A DNA stretch of 63,436 nt, counting the filler, from Choristocarpus tenellus KU-1152 (lineage: Eukaryota > Protista > Phaeophyceae): the NCBI GenBank assembly GCA_964200185.2. It is 10 parts of 10 records of this genome, joined end to end, with 100 filler letters (N's around TTAATTAATTAA, not from the genome) between each part and the next. Parts side by side here need not be neighbours in the genome. Positions count along the whole stretch, not along the records: positions 1 to 9,160 come from CAXNAD020003931.1; positions 9,261 to 14,449 come from CAXNAD020011570.1; 8 more parts are not named here. One strand, written 5' to 3'. The position numbers and the translations under genes are program-made. Of this stretch, positions 1 to 12,021 are shown one piece after another. Under the pieces are notes generated by a model that was not told where the DNA came from, searched no databases, and saw only the letters and a program-made list of their open reading frames with translations. Within the stretch, counting starts at the first letter, position 1. The number at the start of each line of letters is the position of its first letter.

Positions 1-38
1 CCAAATGAACACTTCAGTGAAGCCCCCCCCCCCCCCCA

Positions 39-245
39 GACCGTTCAGAGCTTGACTTCCCAAGGGTTTTTTATCCCCTTTTTCGGTCTTCTGTGTGAGC
101 ATTTCGGACTGGACTATGAAAGGCTTGTCCAGACCAAGGATATTGATACTTTCTAACAAACACGTAGTCAAGATTCATCAAAACTGCAACATTGGACTTA
201 TGACTCCGGGTGGACGCGGACCTACCCTCTTAAATGCTTTGACTT
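39..245 (-). mobile_element. MITE family A' copy, one end missing or degenerate
   Basis: Ends in ...TGGACGCGGACCTACCCTCTTAAATGCTTTGAC. The internal CCAGACCAAGGATATTGATACTTTCTAACAAACACG matches the reverse-orientation copies at 38022-38277 and 47156-47452. Confidence 0.7.
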
Positions 246-1073
246 AAAAATTGGTGCTGATGGTGGTGTTTCAGAGAAGAGAGAGGAAAATAATCTCGTC
301 CAAGAGGGTCATCACAATGTCTGTTCTCATTTGCTCCCATAGACCAGCTAGTGTAATTTGTTATGATGCCTGTCTCCCCAATCATACTTAGGTACACTCA
401 GTTGTCAAGAGTATCCCACACCTTCCCTAGTTCCTCCTTTGTGTATTGCAGATCCATGAGACTTTTTGAGTGGTTAACATATTGAACCTGCCACTCACTG
501 CTTCTGGATTGGCACTATTAATATTGCAACTCTAGAGTGTAGTGGCCTTCAACCCAACCCTAACCCAAATAGAGGCTATACTTGAAGAAATCTATGCCAA
601 GAACTGGGTCAATCTGAAGCAAAGTGTAACCGCCTAAGTGTGAGGATATGTACCACTTGCCACTATGTATATTTGTTCAAGTTCAATAAACGCACCAGTG
701 CAATCAAAATTAGTGGAAGAGGGGCGCAAAACAAAACACAACTTTGAATGCACACCACTCCTGGATTAGTGGCTGTACCTTTAACACTGCACATTGCTGC
801 AGGAGCACAGTGCATGCGCACTCCAGCACTTCTTGGCAACCCTTAGCCCCACCCCAAAAGAACAAAAAAAGTGTGCAGGGCATGAGTAGACTTTAGACAC
901 TAGAGGAAATTGAGAGTGACTTAGGTGCTCGTTATTTTTGGACTTGGAAGCATCAAAGCGAGTACTTGTGCTGTTCTATTTCATGTATCTCTCCGCCGAG
1001 TTGATTCCCTACCTGCACTCCTTTCCCCCCCTCTGCCTTGTCCACCCCCCCCCGGGTGGAACCGAATCTATTA

Positions 1074-1261
1074 GGGCTGAATTGGCCTTGCAACAGTTTC
1101 GTGAAGAGGAAGAAAAATGGGAGAGTAGAGTAGAAGCACTGAGAGTGAGGAAGGAACAAGTGGAGATAACAACAGAGGAGGCGGAAGCGGTGGGAAATGG
1201 ATCACAAGGAAAACAGACGACTGCAGGGGGACAACCAGACATTGTAAGAACTGTAAACTGA
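1074..1261 (+). CDS. Possible terminal exon of a coiled-coil protein
   Basis: Pyrimidine-rich stretch, then TATTAG|G, then an E/K/R-rich frame (AELALQQFREEEEKWESRVEALRVRKEQVE...) to TGA at 1259-1261. No family recognised. Confidence 0.35.
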
Positions 1262-2023
1262 GATTTTTATGGTGTACTCATAACAGACTTTGTTTTTTTT
1301 TGTCTGATCTCCTGACCTGATGCCTTTCTCCACATAAAAATTACGAAAAAGAAAACAATATGCTATTTTGGACGTTCTGTTATGTGCATGTATGTAGAAA
1401 TATCAGTATATTGTATGCTTCGATCATGTGGTAGCGCCTATTTGAAGTCTGTGAAATGTGGGCACAGTGATGGTAGAAATGCAGTATGACCTTTTAACCC
1501 GTTTACTATTCGAGAAAGTTAGAAAGGTGGAGAATGGTCGACAAGAATCCCTTGTAACATTCAATAAATATCAATTATCCACTTTTCGTTTCGCTCACAT
1601 TGAAAAATCTTTATCAATCAAAATTTGAAAAAAAAAAAAACACGATCAAGGTTAGGGGTGGATGACGTATCTAGAGAGTATATCCATTGTGTTCCAAACT
1701 ATTATATTTTTCATTCTGTGTACCTTGTGTAGACTGTGTATCCTTTTCCTTTTCCTTTTCTTTTTCTTGCCTCTTAAACATCAGAAACGAAACAAAAGCT
1801 TTAAAACAAAAACAAAAAATGACAAAATAATTTCTTCTCAATGTCTTCAGTCCCACCTGAAAGATGCAACAACTACGCACCAATATGAATAAGGGTAAAG
1901 GAGGCGCATTGGGTAAAAGCACTTCTACCCACTACAGGATAATGTCGACCATTGTTCCAAGGCACCGACTATATCTCGCACCATGCACTACTTGTACAGC
2001 ATTGCTAATGATTTCATACAATA

Positions 2024-2368
2024 CTCCCTCTGTCCCACAAGTCTGTTCCTTTAAGCATGTACCTCTACGGGATGATCTCCGATTTCAAAACGAATTTTTT
2101 CGTTGGATTCCTCGGAACCGTTTACGTGAGATTAATTATATTTGAAAAAATATATCCCGAAATTGTTCTGAAAATATGGAACAGAGTTAGGCAGGCATAG
2201 GCCAACAAGAAGGCACTGAATTGGTGGATTGACGAGGTTGAATGAAAGCGAGAAAGGATATTCCAATGCACAAAACGCCAAGGAATCCAACGCAAAAATC
2301 CGTTTAGAAATCAGAAGTCATCCCGAGGAGTTACATGCATAAAACAACAGACTTTGGGACAGAGGGAG
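2024..2368. mobile_element. Stowaway-like (Tc1/mariner) MITE
   Basis: TA|CTCCCTCTGTCCCA ... TGGGACAGAGGGAG|TA: classic Stowaway TIR with TA duplication. Imperfect inverted arms extend about 90 bp (GGATGATCTCCGATTTCAAAACG / CGTTTAGAAATCAGAAGTCATCC). Confidence 0.9.
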
Positions 2369-2429
2369 TATAACATCAATAACACAAAAGATGAGTAGCC
2401 TATATTTTAACACGGTCCAGACCAGGATA

Positions 2430-2559
2430 TATATATTCAAAATATAATTCATCTTCCGTAAAAGGTTCCGTGGAATCCAAAGCAAAAATTCATTTTGAAA
2501 TCGGGGGTCATCCTGAAGAGGTACATGCATAAAAGAATAGACCTACAAGACAGAGGGAG
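2430..2559. mobile_element. Solo end of the same Stowaway-like family
   Basis: GGAATCCAAAGCAAAAATTCATTTTGAAATCGGGGTCATCC...AGACAGAGGGAG is a reverse-complement match to 2024-2150. Confidence 0.75.
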
Positions 2560-3537
2560 TGCGTATATAGGCTTAATGAATGGAAGAATCAATGGCCCTC
2601 TATGACGATTGACCGAATAAAAGCAGCAACAGTTCGTGATATGCAATCGCTCCAAGCCTAGCATTCAAAAAAGCAAGCAATACCTACCATCTGCTGCAAC
2701 AATGTGTTGACTTCACGTGCTGTCATACACCATCCCCCTAATCAACCTCACTTTCTCTTTCCGGTGGAAACTGGGCCTTCTGAGAGAGATTAATAATAGA
2801 AGTTACATCAAGTCATGTGGGATCAGAGAACACGCTGTGTGGGTCCACGAGATCACTTTTGATAGTCTGATGGGCATTCACTAGTGCTGAATGTATGCGG
2901 TATAGTAAAAGGCATGGGGTTTTTTTATATGGTATGGGGAAGGAGAAAGTGTTGCTGGTGATCAGTCGTGGGGCACTTTATGTTCTAGCTTTCTGAAACT
3001 AATATATTTTTCTCTTGAAAGGAGTCGTACTTGACAGAAGTGAGATAGAAATGTTAAAACACGCACACGCGCGCGCGCGCACGCACACAAAGAGAGATCC
3101 ATGTTGGTCAATGACACCAAAAAGGCTGAAGGGGGCCACTGGAAGTAGCAAGCGGCCAAACAGGTCCTTGATCCAGGGTCCAGAATACATGGCAGCTTCA
3201 TGATGAAGGAGCGTGGGAGCTTCCCCATCCTGCTTCAAAGTTTTTTAGATTTTAAGGAGGTAGATGGACCTCCGATTGCCAATAGATCATGCCTGTCCTG
3301 TTATATATACACACACATATATATATATATACTCCGGAGTATATACTTTGGAGGTTGTATAGTGGGTGAGGCTACACTCATGGCAGAGGGGGGGTAAGTC
3401 CTAAACAGCAGTAAATGATGATGTAGAGGGGCTCCTTCAGAGTGACAATAAAGTGCAGAACGCCGGTATCAAACTTCAACTCTCAGGGTTTTGAAGACAT
3501 TTCACCTGTTGCTTGGTATTTCTTGACACCAACAGCT

Positions 3538-3540
<3 letters not shown>

Positions 3541-3572
<32 letters not shown>
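3541..3572. repeat. (GA)n microsatellite
   Basis: Perfect GA run. Confidence 0.95.
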
Positions 3573-3575
<3 letters not shown>

Positions 3576-4071
3576 TGCAACAGGATAAAAAAATTAAGGT
3601 GGAGGATGCATAGTTATTTCTTCAGGGGATGCACATGTAGTATGCTCTGACCTGTCAAGACTGTAGTAGTTGCACCAGATAGATTAAAGGAACAAGGGCA
3701 GTGTCTCTGGTGATTGAATGTAGAACCTAATATTATCTTGCACTCCATGCTTGTTTACGTTCTCCTCAGTGGAACAGCCACCATTGTTCATAAGATGTCT
3801 TTACCTTGGACTCAAACTGATGTTCACCTCATGAATCAGTAGGTTCAGGGAACACGGTGTCCTCACACAAGGCCTAATCTCAGTGGTTGGGTGTTCTGAG
3901 GGACTGCCTCAACTGGCAGTCCAATCGCAATTGCCAATCTTCGTGAAATGCAGTGGCACCATCCTGTTGAGGGATCACACTACTGAGAGAACCTACTCAA
4001 CACTATACGCGATCGCCTCCAAGGGTTTTCCTTCTCACACTGCAATTCTGATAATATTGTGGTGCCTGATA

Positions 4072-4349
4072 CATGCAAAGCACTTTAGAGGGTAGATCCG
4101 TGTCCGTTCGGGGTCATAAATCCAATGTTGTGATTTTGGTGTATTTTTGACTATCGTATTTGTTAAGAAGTGTCAATAACCTTGCTCTGTACGCACCTTT
4201 CATAGTCGTGTACATTTTACCTACTCCGAAGTGTTTCATAGTATGTATCTGTGTTTGCAGAAAACCGAAAAAGGGTATAAAAACGTGGGAAACCAAGCCC
4301 TGAACGGACAAACAGGGGTAGACTCCTAACCTCTTAAATGCTTTGGATT
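4072..4349 (+). mobile_element. MITE family A' full copy
   Basis: CAAAGCACTTTAGAGGGTAG ... CTAACCTCTTAAATGCTTTG inverted termini; body homologous to family A. Confidence 0.85.
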
Positions 4350-4502
4350 ATATTAGAAAGTGGTTGTGGCAGGTTGTGTTTGATATATAAAAGCTGAGTC
4401 TCACACCTGTAGTCAAATGAACACAAATTGTCTTGCAAGTATTATGTCAAAAATAGGGTTTTGTAGAGGGAACTGAGCTGAGTGATTACTCTCCCTGGCT
4501 GT

Positions 4503-4692
4503 GGCTCAGAGTATTTGGGGGTGGGGGTGGGGGTGGGGGGCCTACACCAGGGTGTCCTTTTGTTCCTTGATCAGGAGAAGGGCACTTACATTATCCATCC
4601 GACACATGCAACTAAATTCACCCAAAAATTGCAACATGGAAAAATGGGCCCCAAATGGACAGCCATCACTCCCCCTCCAGGTACTTTTAGCC
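4503..4692 (+). mobile_element. MITE family B (G-run TIR) copy
   Basis: GGCTCAGAGTATTTGGGGG ... CCCCCTCCAGGTACTTTTAGCC; body homologous to 46652-46835. Confidence 0.8.
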
Positions 4693-7100
4693 CATCATGG
4701 AATTTTTGGTCTTATAAGGGTCCTTTAAGGTATAGTGGAGAAGAACACTCTAAAGTAAGAAAGAGAAACTTCAGATCAATGAAAAAAAGAAAAACAGAAG
4801 AAGAATAAATCAAAACTCGATAGTTAGAATGCACATATTTCGAATTTTTCCCTTGTATATTGCTTTGAGTGTTCTACTGTGATTTCAAGGTGTGGGTAGT
4901 GGACTCTGCAGTAGAAGCTTAATAGTGCTCGTAAATATATATATTTTTCGTGTCTATCAACTCCTTGCAGTGGGTGGTCCATATAGAGCTCTATCTTTTC
5001 CAACCTTCTCAGACTAGACGCCTATCAAATGCTTCAGAGCATACAGTTGGTCCAGAGTAGATCGACAGCGAAAAAGTAAAAAACATTTTAAGGTTCATAA
5101 TCCCAGGGAGGGGGATTCCTAGATCACCAGACCAGTGATCTGGATGGTATTATCCAGAAGCATGATCTCGCTTGGTAATTGGATACACTGAATAACGTCA
5201 TCCTGGTCAACCTCCACAGTATCACCAGTTGTGCACAATGACTCACATAATTTCACTTCCATTGCTTGAGTCCTACTTCCTCTTATCGAAAATGGATTTG
5301 CCAATGCCTTCTTGTATCCTTGAGATTAGGAAAATGAAGAAACAGCGAGGAAAGCACAACATGGAAGTGATCATCACCAGGCAGAGAATGTTGCTATTTC
5401 AAAATTGGAAGAGGCAAAGAAGGAAGATGAAGCCGCTAGTGCTACTACTCGGGCCAAGGAGATCGTGAACAATGAAGAGGAAAAGGAGCTACTAGAACTG
5501 CTGGCAGCACGTGGTAGTAGGACAATTCCGAGAAAATATAAGAGGGCAAGGGGTAGGGGTTGAGGTGACCATCCTGGAGATAATGACATCTTAAAAAACA
5601 CCTCAGAAGGGCCGTAAGATGACGTTTTGATCTCTAGTTTAAAGTACACATTAGTTGAAGGATAAAGTGTGCGTATAAGCAGATAGATATACTTCTCCAA
5701 GTATTGATCATCACACTCAGGCCATCAAACCATTTCAACTCTACCCTGGAAACTCAGAATTGTCTTGGCCCGCCCCCTGTCTTCAAAGCCTTATCTATTG
5801 AGATATTATCGTCGCTGAATCTTATCGGCTCTGAATCTCACATTGTTCTGTACTTACTTTGGTCAGTTTTCCTGATAGTTCTACCTGAAGTATTTTTTTC
5901 ACGCATCATAAACAACAAGATCAAGTGCTTCGTACTTTCATTCGACAAAGCAGGAACCCGTGACTTGATACAGCAAGGCAAATATGTGATTAAACGTACT
6001 GACTATGCCAGATATAGCTTGCACCCAAGATCTTTCACAGTTTTTTTTAACTCTTACTCCAATAACGTACCTGTTAGTTGAAGTTAGTTTTTGCTTGTAC
6101 AGCGCTACTCCGGAGTAGCTACTTCGGTGTAGTACAATGAAATATCTATAGTGACAGTCAATGATTACGCCAACTACACACAGGTAATAAATCGAGAACT
6201 ATCATCAACAGTTTTGAACTAGCTTCTTCATATCGTAAACATCCATCTCACTCTGTGCACATGTACACATGCATTGTAGTGCGATCTATTCCTGATCTCT
6301 TTCATGTACAATAGAATGTCATCTTATGTGTGGAAATACGAAACTCTAGCAATTTATTCGAACTACTAGTATTTTACTGTGCCTTCTCTTAGATTGGGGG
6401 CACACAACTTGTCCCATATTGTCCACGGGTGTTATTTATTGGTCGATTCCTGCTGTATCCAAGAACATTCAAGGAGTCCGTGCATCCAGGGTTCTTGAAG
6501 CAGAAATGTTTCAGTATCTCCTACTCCCTGACAGCATTTGTCAGTATTGCTGATTTGGGACAAACCACAGGAAGGCACTAATAGTAGCAGTGGCATGGCT
6601 GTGACTGTAGCACCTGTGTTCTCATTATTAGAGACCACTCTAGATTAGTGAGGGCACTCTCCCGTTACAACAGAGTCACCCACAAGAAACTCAAGGCTAA
6701 TACTTGATCAGTGTGGGAAAGAAGAGTGCCTCTACGACATTGCAAAGTTTTCTGTTGTGTTTTTTGTATTGAACCTTAGTGACCTTCTGGTGTACAATTG
6801 GGTAGGCACACAAATGGTAAAAAATACATAGGGTATCTCACTCACGTCTCTAGCACATACTCCGTAATAGCTATCCTTGGAGGTATTATGAAACAAGTCA
6901 TGTGTACAACCTATATACCACCACACACGCACACTAGTATATATAAACATGTACGATCTACATTGTATTGGTCGAATAAAGACAAGACTGAGAAGAGGAT
7001 ACTGCAGGGCACTACCAAAATTTTGCCAACCCCCATTCAACCTTTGTTATTACAAGCTCTACAATACAAGCATCAAGCTTGGCCAACAGTGCCTTTCCTA

Positions 7101-8819
7101 CTACCTATTTATTTGCCGACTACATTTCTCTTCAGCATTCTTGAAGTCCTCATCACTATCGCTCCTGACTGGGCCCTCCTCGTCACTGACCGTGCCCCTG
7201 AATGTCCTCTTCCCTTCTCCCCAGTTGTCCCACCTGTTCTCGCCCCTCTCTCCCACCTTCTCAGCCTCATTTTCCCAGTTACTCATTCTTTCTCCATCCC
7301 CACTCGGAGCATCCTGAAACAAGATAGGAGATAATCTTTTTCTTACTCCCTTTCTCCTTTTGTCACATTTTTTCACTGACTCGGCTTCTAGCCTCGTACA
7401 TGCCTGAAGTGATAAGTTTCCTTTTGCTCTGCCTCTTTTTGCTTTACTATCCCATGTCTTATCGTCATCATCACTGTTGCTGCCAGAGCTCGAGTTGCCA
7501 TCATATTCCTTATCTCCACAGCCACTGTGAGCAGAGTGACTACTCAGTCGACTAGTATCACTTTTCCAACTATCACAGTCGGATTCACAGATTGTAGGAG
7601 TTTCCTTCTCCGCATCATGAGTTATAGGGTTAACAACCTTGTCAACCTCAAGCATGTCCGCTTCAACTACTGACACATGGGGTAATGTAGGCAACACAGA
7701 AGGTCCTTCTACATTGAGCCTTGACACAACAGGCAGATCAGAGGGTGAACACCATCCTCCCTCCCCCCCCTGCCTGTGGCTCTGGCCGTGGTCTTCCCCT
7801 GAATGACCATCACTATGATCTGTTCCACCTTTCTCTTCGCTTCCATCCAAATCTAATCCTTGACTCCGTGGATCCTCCCATTGGGAATGTCCTGAACTTT
7901 GGTTGATGTAGTAAGGGTAACCCTGGGAATAGTACACATGCCATGCATTTAGTTTCCCGCCCTCATCAACCAATAGGAACCGACCATCATCTTCTCCAAA
8001 AGGTCTGCTCCCTTCACTACCTGCACTTTTCTCCTCTTTTGCCCTTCCCCTTGGATCCCTCTCCCCAAATATGCCACTACAAGATGAGCTCTCTTCCCCA
8101 ATGTTCTCAACGTGATCCTCCCCATGATCCAGTGTTGGCCTTAACTCCAGTGATTGGTCACGGTCACAGGTATTGAGGGTGTGATGAGGAGAGTCCAAGC
8201 GACTTGTATTGTGCCAGGAACCTGTTACCTCACCGTTGGCTGTTGGGCTGCCAGGGCAAGAGGTCCTCACACCCTGAGTAATCCCCTCCCTTGCGAGGCC
8301 CAGATCTTCTGATTCCCCCCCCTCTATCATACCCTCAGCATCTACACCTTCCCGACTGAAATGCATAATCCTTGCTAGCGTGCGAGCACTTGGGAATGGA
8401 GACCTCACCTCACCAAAGCCATTGTTGTGGCAATCCTTGTCACTTGTGGAGGAGAAAGATGACAGAGAAAGAATGTCTGTAGTGGCAGTGGAGAACCTAT
8501 CTTGCTCAGAATATGGTGTGGATAACGGAATGTTGGTGGAGACACGGCTGGGACCCTGACCTTCTCTACTCAATGCAGAGGAGTTCAACCGTTGATGGCC
8601 CCCCACCCCTAACACTCCTCGCTGTGGGCCCAGTGGCTGGCGCTCCCCTACAACATAAACCTGGAGGCCATCGAATAGGCTTCCATCAGCAGTGTTTGAG
8701 CTTGGTCTATGACTTGATGGTGCGTTTGAACGTGACAACTTGTCATTGTGATCTCCAGGAAAGGATGATCTGTGCGGAGGCAGTAGGATGGGTAGGAATG
8801 CCGAGCAATTACGAAGCAT
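7101..8819 (-). CDS. Large exon of a WW-domain-containing, otherwise disordered protein
   Basis: 572-codon ORF with WW motif NAWHVYYSQGYPYYINQSSGHSQWEDP (about 7867-7950). Probable true exon 8769-7105 (CACAG| acceptor, |GTAG donor); a phase-compatible downstream exon may start at 6639. Confidence 0.75.
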   Translation of the reverse strand: MLRNCSAFLPILLPPHRSSFPGDHNDKLSRSNAPSSHRPSSNTADGSLFDGLQVYVVGERQPLGPQRGVLGVGGHQRLNSSALSREGQGPSRVSTNIPLSTPYSEQDRFSTATTDILSLSSFSSTSDKDCHNNGFGEVRSPFPSARTLARIMHFSREGVDAEGMIEGGESEDLGLAREGITQGVRTSCPGSPTANGEVTGSWHNTSRLDSPHHTLNTCDRDQSLELRPTLDHGEDHVENIGEESSSCSGIFGERDPRGRAKEEKSAGSEGSRPFGEDDGRFLLVDEGGKLNAWHVYYSQGYPYYINQSSGHSQWEDPRSQGLDLDGSEEKGGTDHSDGHSGEDHGQSHRQGGEGGWCSPSDLPVVSRLNVEGPSVLPTLPHVSVVEADMLEVDKVVNPITHDAEKETPTICESDCDSWKSDTSRLSSHSAHSGCGDKEYDGNSSSGSNSDDDDKTWDSKAKRGRAKGNLSLQACTRLEAESVKKCDKRRKGVRKRLSPILFQDAPSGDGERMSNWENEAEKVGERGENRWDNWGEGKRTFRGTVSDEEGPVRSDSDEDFKNAEEKCSRQINR

Positions 8820-8850
8820 GATGCCATTGAAATGTCATTGAAATGCCATT

Positions 8851-9050
8851 GAGTCAAAATATCTTGAAGGGTAGAGCCGTGTCCGCTTGGGGGACAAAAT
8901 CCAACGTTGCCATTTTGATGTAATTTTGCCTATCGTGTTTGTTAGGAAGTATTAATATCCTTGTTCCAAACACACCTTGTCATAACATATACATTTTCCT
9001 ACTCCGAAACGTTTGGGAGTAGGAAAGTGTAATAAAAAAACTGTGGAAAG
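8851..9050 (+). mobile_element. MITE family A copy interrupted by a family B copy
   Basis: GAGTCAAAATATCTTGAAGGGTAGAGCC... family A body that stops before its 3' TIR. Confidence 0.85.
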
Positions 9051-9160
9051 GACCCAAAGTATATATATATATATATATATATCCGGGAGGGGGGGGGGTC
9101 TACACGAGGGTGTCCATTTGTACCACATTAAAAAAAGTTCATTTAGATTATCCATCCAAC
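9051..9160 (+). mobile_element. MITE family B 5' part with (TA)n expansion in the TIR, cut by contig end
   Basis: GACCCAAAGTA(TA)nTCCGGGAGGGGGGGGGTCTACACGAGGGTGTCCATTTG matches the start of 46652. Confidence 0.7.
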
Positions 9161-9260
9161 NNNNNNNNNNNNNNNNNNNNNNNNNNNNNNNNNNNNNNNN
9201 NNNNTTAATTAATTAANNNNNNNNNNNNNNNNNNNNNNNNNNNNNNNNNNNNNNNNNNNN
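9161..9260. other. Artificial contig spacer
   Basis: N44-TTAATTAATTAA-N44; stop codons in all six frames. Confidence 0.98.
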
Positions 9261-10395
9261 CCCCCCAAAAAAACTCCAAACAAACACCCTTGATTGCAGG
9301 TCATACCATCATAGGTTCTGTCCTTTACCTTGACAAAAAATATGGTGACTCTTCATAGCCCCATTTAAAGACGCAAAACGTGACCATGAAGCAAGAATCG
9401 CATTTTTATTAAATGTATTAACAACATTCATTATTAACTCAAAATAATACAATTTTCCCCAATTGCCACAGTACCCCGTCTTACACTTTCATTTTTTTCT
9501 TTGGTCACCTACTCTACTACAACAACAATGACTCCTTCCCTCCCCCCAGATACTTTGAACCAGAAGCACTTAACGTTCCAGTCAACCCTGCCATTCTTAT
9601 TTCTCCTCTGAACGTAGACATTCTAAGGATGAAACAGAGTCAAAGTACCCTGGAAGGGGGTAGGTGATGGGTTACAGTCCATTTGAATCACTAAAAGACT
9701 ATTTTTCAACCTTGTGCCTCACCCCCCGTATTCTAATTGCTGAATATATTTATTTTTTTATATATATACCCCACTAGGAATCTCCAACCCATTGTAATAC
9801 TGCTGTAGCTTTTGCATCCAGAAGTTGTGTGCACCAATTTCTTTTTTTTCTTTCCAAGTAATGTGAAAAAAATGGGCAGGTAATGGGTTCAACGAAATAC
9901 ATATTTTAAAATTAATGTTGGCAAATATCAGGTGTGAAGGCAGTGAGTGAAGGGGGACTGGCCACAGAGAGCCAAAACACATACTAGCTTTTATTAATTG
10001 TATACCTCATGGGCTCAACAAGCACAGCAGTATTTACTGAGGCACAAGTGCTCAGGGTTAGGGTTCTCATCAGTTAATTATTGTTATTATTATTATTAGT
10101 GTTATTGTTCGTAAGTGTGTAGGGAGATTGAGCAGCAGTTGGGGGACACGGATGCCTGAAACTCTTTTGAGGAATACACAGTTTATTGTTTTACCGTGCA
10201 GAGGGAAAGTATAGTCCATGCAACGTTTTATTTTCATTCGCAACTTGTGCGTAAGATATTTGTAAGAAAATAAATATGGTACTAGATCACAAAGCATTAT
10301 AAATTGAAGGTGAAGCAAGGACCATGCTGACAGCCTCAGAAGAGGACAGCCTCAGAAGATGATTTTAAATCCGGTCTCAGATATTGTGATTTAGG

Positions 10396-10958
10396 GTCAT
10401 CATAGCACCTTAGAGGGAGGGAGGGTCAGGTGTCCATTCGGGGCCCTTTGTGGCCCTGTTGCGATTTTCATGTCATATGAGTGAATGTGTCGGATGTAAC
10501 GGCAATTTCCTTAATTTGAGCACACCTTCCTTTCCCACCCACCTGCCTGAACCAAATCAAAGGAAACTCACCCAAAAAAGAGTAAAAGTGTCTTAGAGGG
10601 TACGAGTTTGCCCTGTTTGTCCGTTGGGGCTTGGATTCCCACCGGTTTTTTAAGACATTTTCCTATTACGAGATGTTTCGGAATTGGTAAAATGTATACG
10701 TTCTGGAGTAGGTTTCATGCATACAACTATGAAAAAGTGTGTCTGGAACAAGAATATTGAAACTTCCTTACACTCACGATAGCCAGAATCACATCAGAAT
10801 CGCAATATTGGGTTTTGGCCCCCTAATGGACGCGTTCATACCCTCTAAGATACTTTCACTCGAAACAGGAATCAAACTGGAGTACATCTTACAAACACCA
10901 TCAAGCCCCGAATGCACAACCTGGTGCAAACACCCCGCCCTCTAAGATACTACAGGTC
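10396..10958 (-). mobile_element. MITE family C copy carrying a nested family A element
   Basis: Termini CATAGCACCTTAGAGGG / CCCTCTAAGATACTACAGGTC. With 10580-10861 removed, the reverse complement aligns along 12022-12291 (e.g. GATTTGGTTCAGGCAGG, CATCCGACACATTCACTCATATGACATGAAAATC). Confidence 0.8.
10580..10861 (-). mobile_element. MITE family A full copy (nested)
   Basis: GAGTAAAAGTGTCTTAGAGGGTA ... TACCCTCTAAGATACTTTCACTC. Confidence 0.9.
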
Positions 10959-11474
10959 TTGGGGAAATTTAATATTTTTTTAGTTGTAATTATCCTAAAA
11001 TTGATTTTCAACTAACAATCCACAATTTTTTTTAACCCGTGATGAAATGACAACAAAAGAATATCTGAATCTGTCACATTGTCAAGCCAATTTAGAGTTT
11101 CCCAATAATATTTTTGGAAATTGATTGTCATGTCAAGAATTTGGGAATAACTTGGTATGTGGAGATGAGTTGATTGTGAGCACTATTGTATTATTGTCCA
11201 TTGACCAACATAGAACGTTCTCTTTTTTTTTCTCTTCGAGATCATCAAGAGAGCTAATCGGATGACAACGATAGAAAAAAGACAAAAGAACGTGTAGATT
11301 TGAATTATTTCTATGTATGTTAAGCATCTAGGTTAATATTTTCATTTTTTTGAGATCATAAATATAGTTATAAATAAATCAAATGTCTTTTAAATAGGAA
11401 GATTTAGGGGAAGTAGAATTAGAATATTAGAGGGATGAGAAATTCGCTTCCTCCTCACTCAATGAAACATACAA

Positions 11475-11706
11475 TAATTGTTCTGTCGGAACAACAACGA
11501 TTTCTTTCCTCTTGCGGACCCTGACCCTTGGATTTTTGATTTGTTTAAATAAAAGCCTTGGAAAAGAAGGAAACATTACCAATGCATCCTCAACAAAAGG
11601 TCGGACAATTGTTCCATCGGAACAAAAACTTTTTTTCTGGTTACGCACCCTAACCCTTCGATTTTGGTATGGTTTAAGAGGCTTGAAAAAGAACGAAACA
11701 CCAACG
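11475..11706. repeat. Diverged direct duplication, period about 130 bp
   Basis: AATTGTTCTGTCGGAACAA..CCCTGACCCTTGGATTTT..GAAAAGAAGGAAACA is repeated as AATTGTTCCATCGGAACAA..CCCTAACCCTTCGATTTT..GAAAAAGAACGAAACA. Confidence 0.7.
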
Positions 11707-12021
11707 ATCGATTGTCAGAGATACATATTCAAGCATCTATCATCCTCAAGCAAACGTAGAAATAATTGGGATTGAGAGGGGTGTGTATTTTGGGTGTTTA
11801 GATTTTTTTTTCAACTAGAAAAGATCAAGACAATTAAAAGGTCGAAAGGGATATTAGATTGATGCTTCCTTCAAACCAAACATGCACACTAAACAGCCAA
11901 AACGTACGTCCTCCAAACAACACACACCACCGAAAAGTCAGAGAGAGCCTTGCAAAAAAAAAGTCATCACGACAACACCCGTCTCTATAGGTTGCTCTGA
12001 CCCATTCAATGCATGTATGGA

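Noticed and set aside
9161-9260. Repeated TTAATTAATTAA flanked by Ns as a biological repeat or array
   Set aside because: Identical 100-nt spacer with six-frame stops; an artificial concatenation linker.
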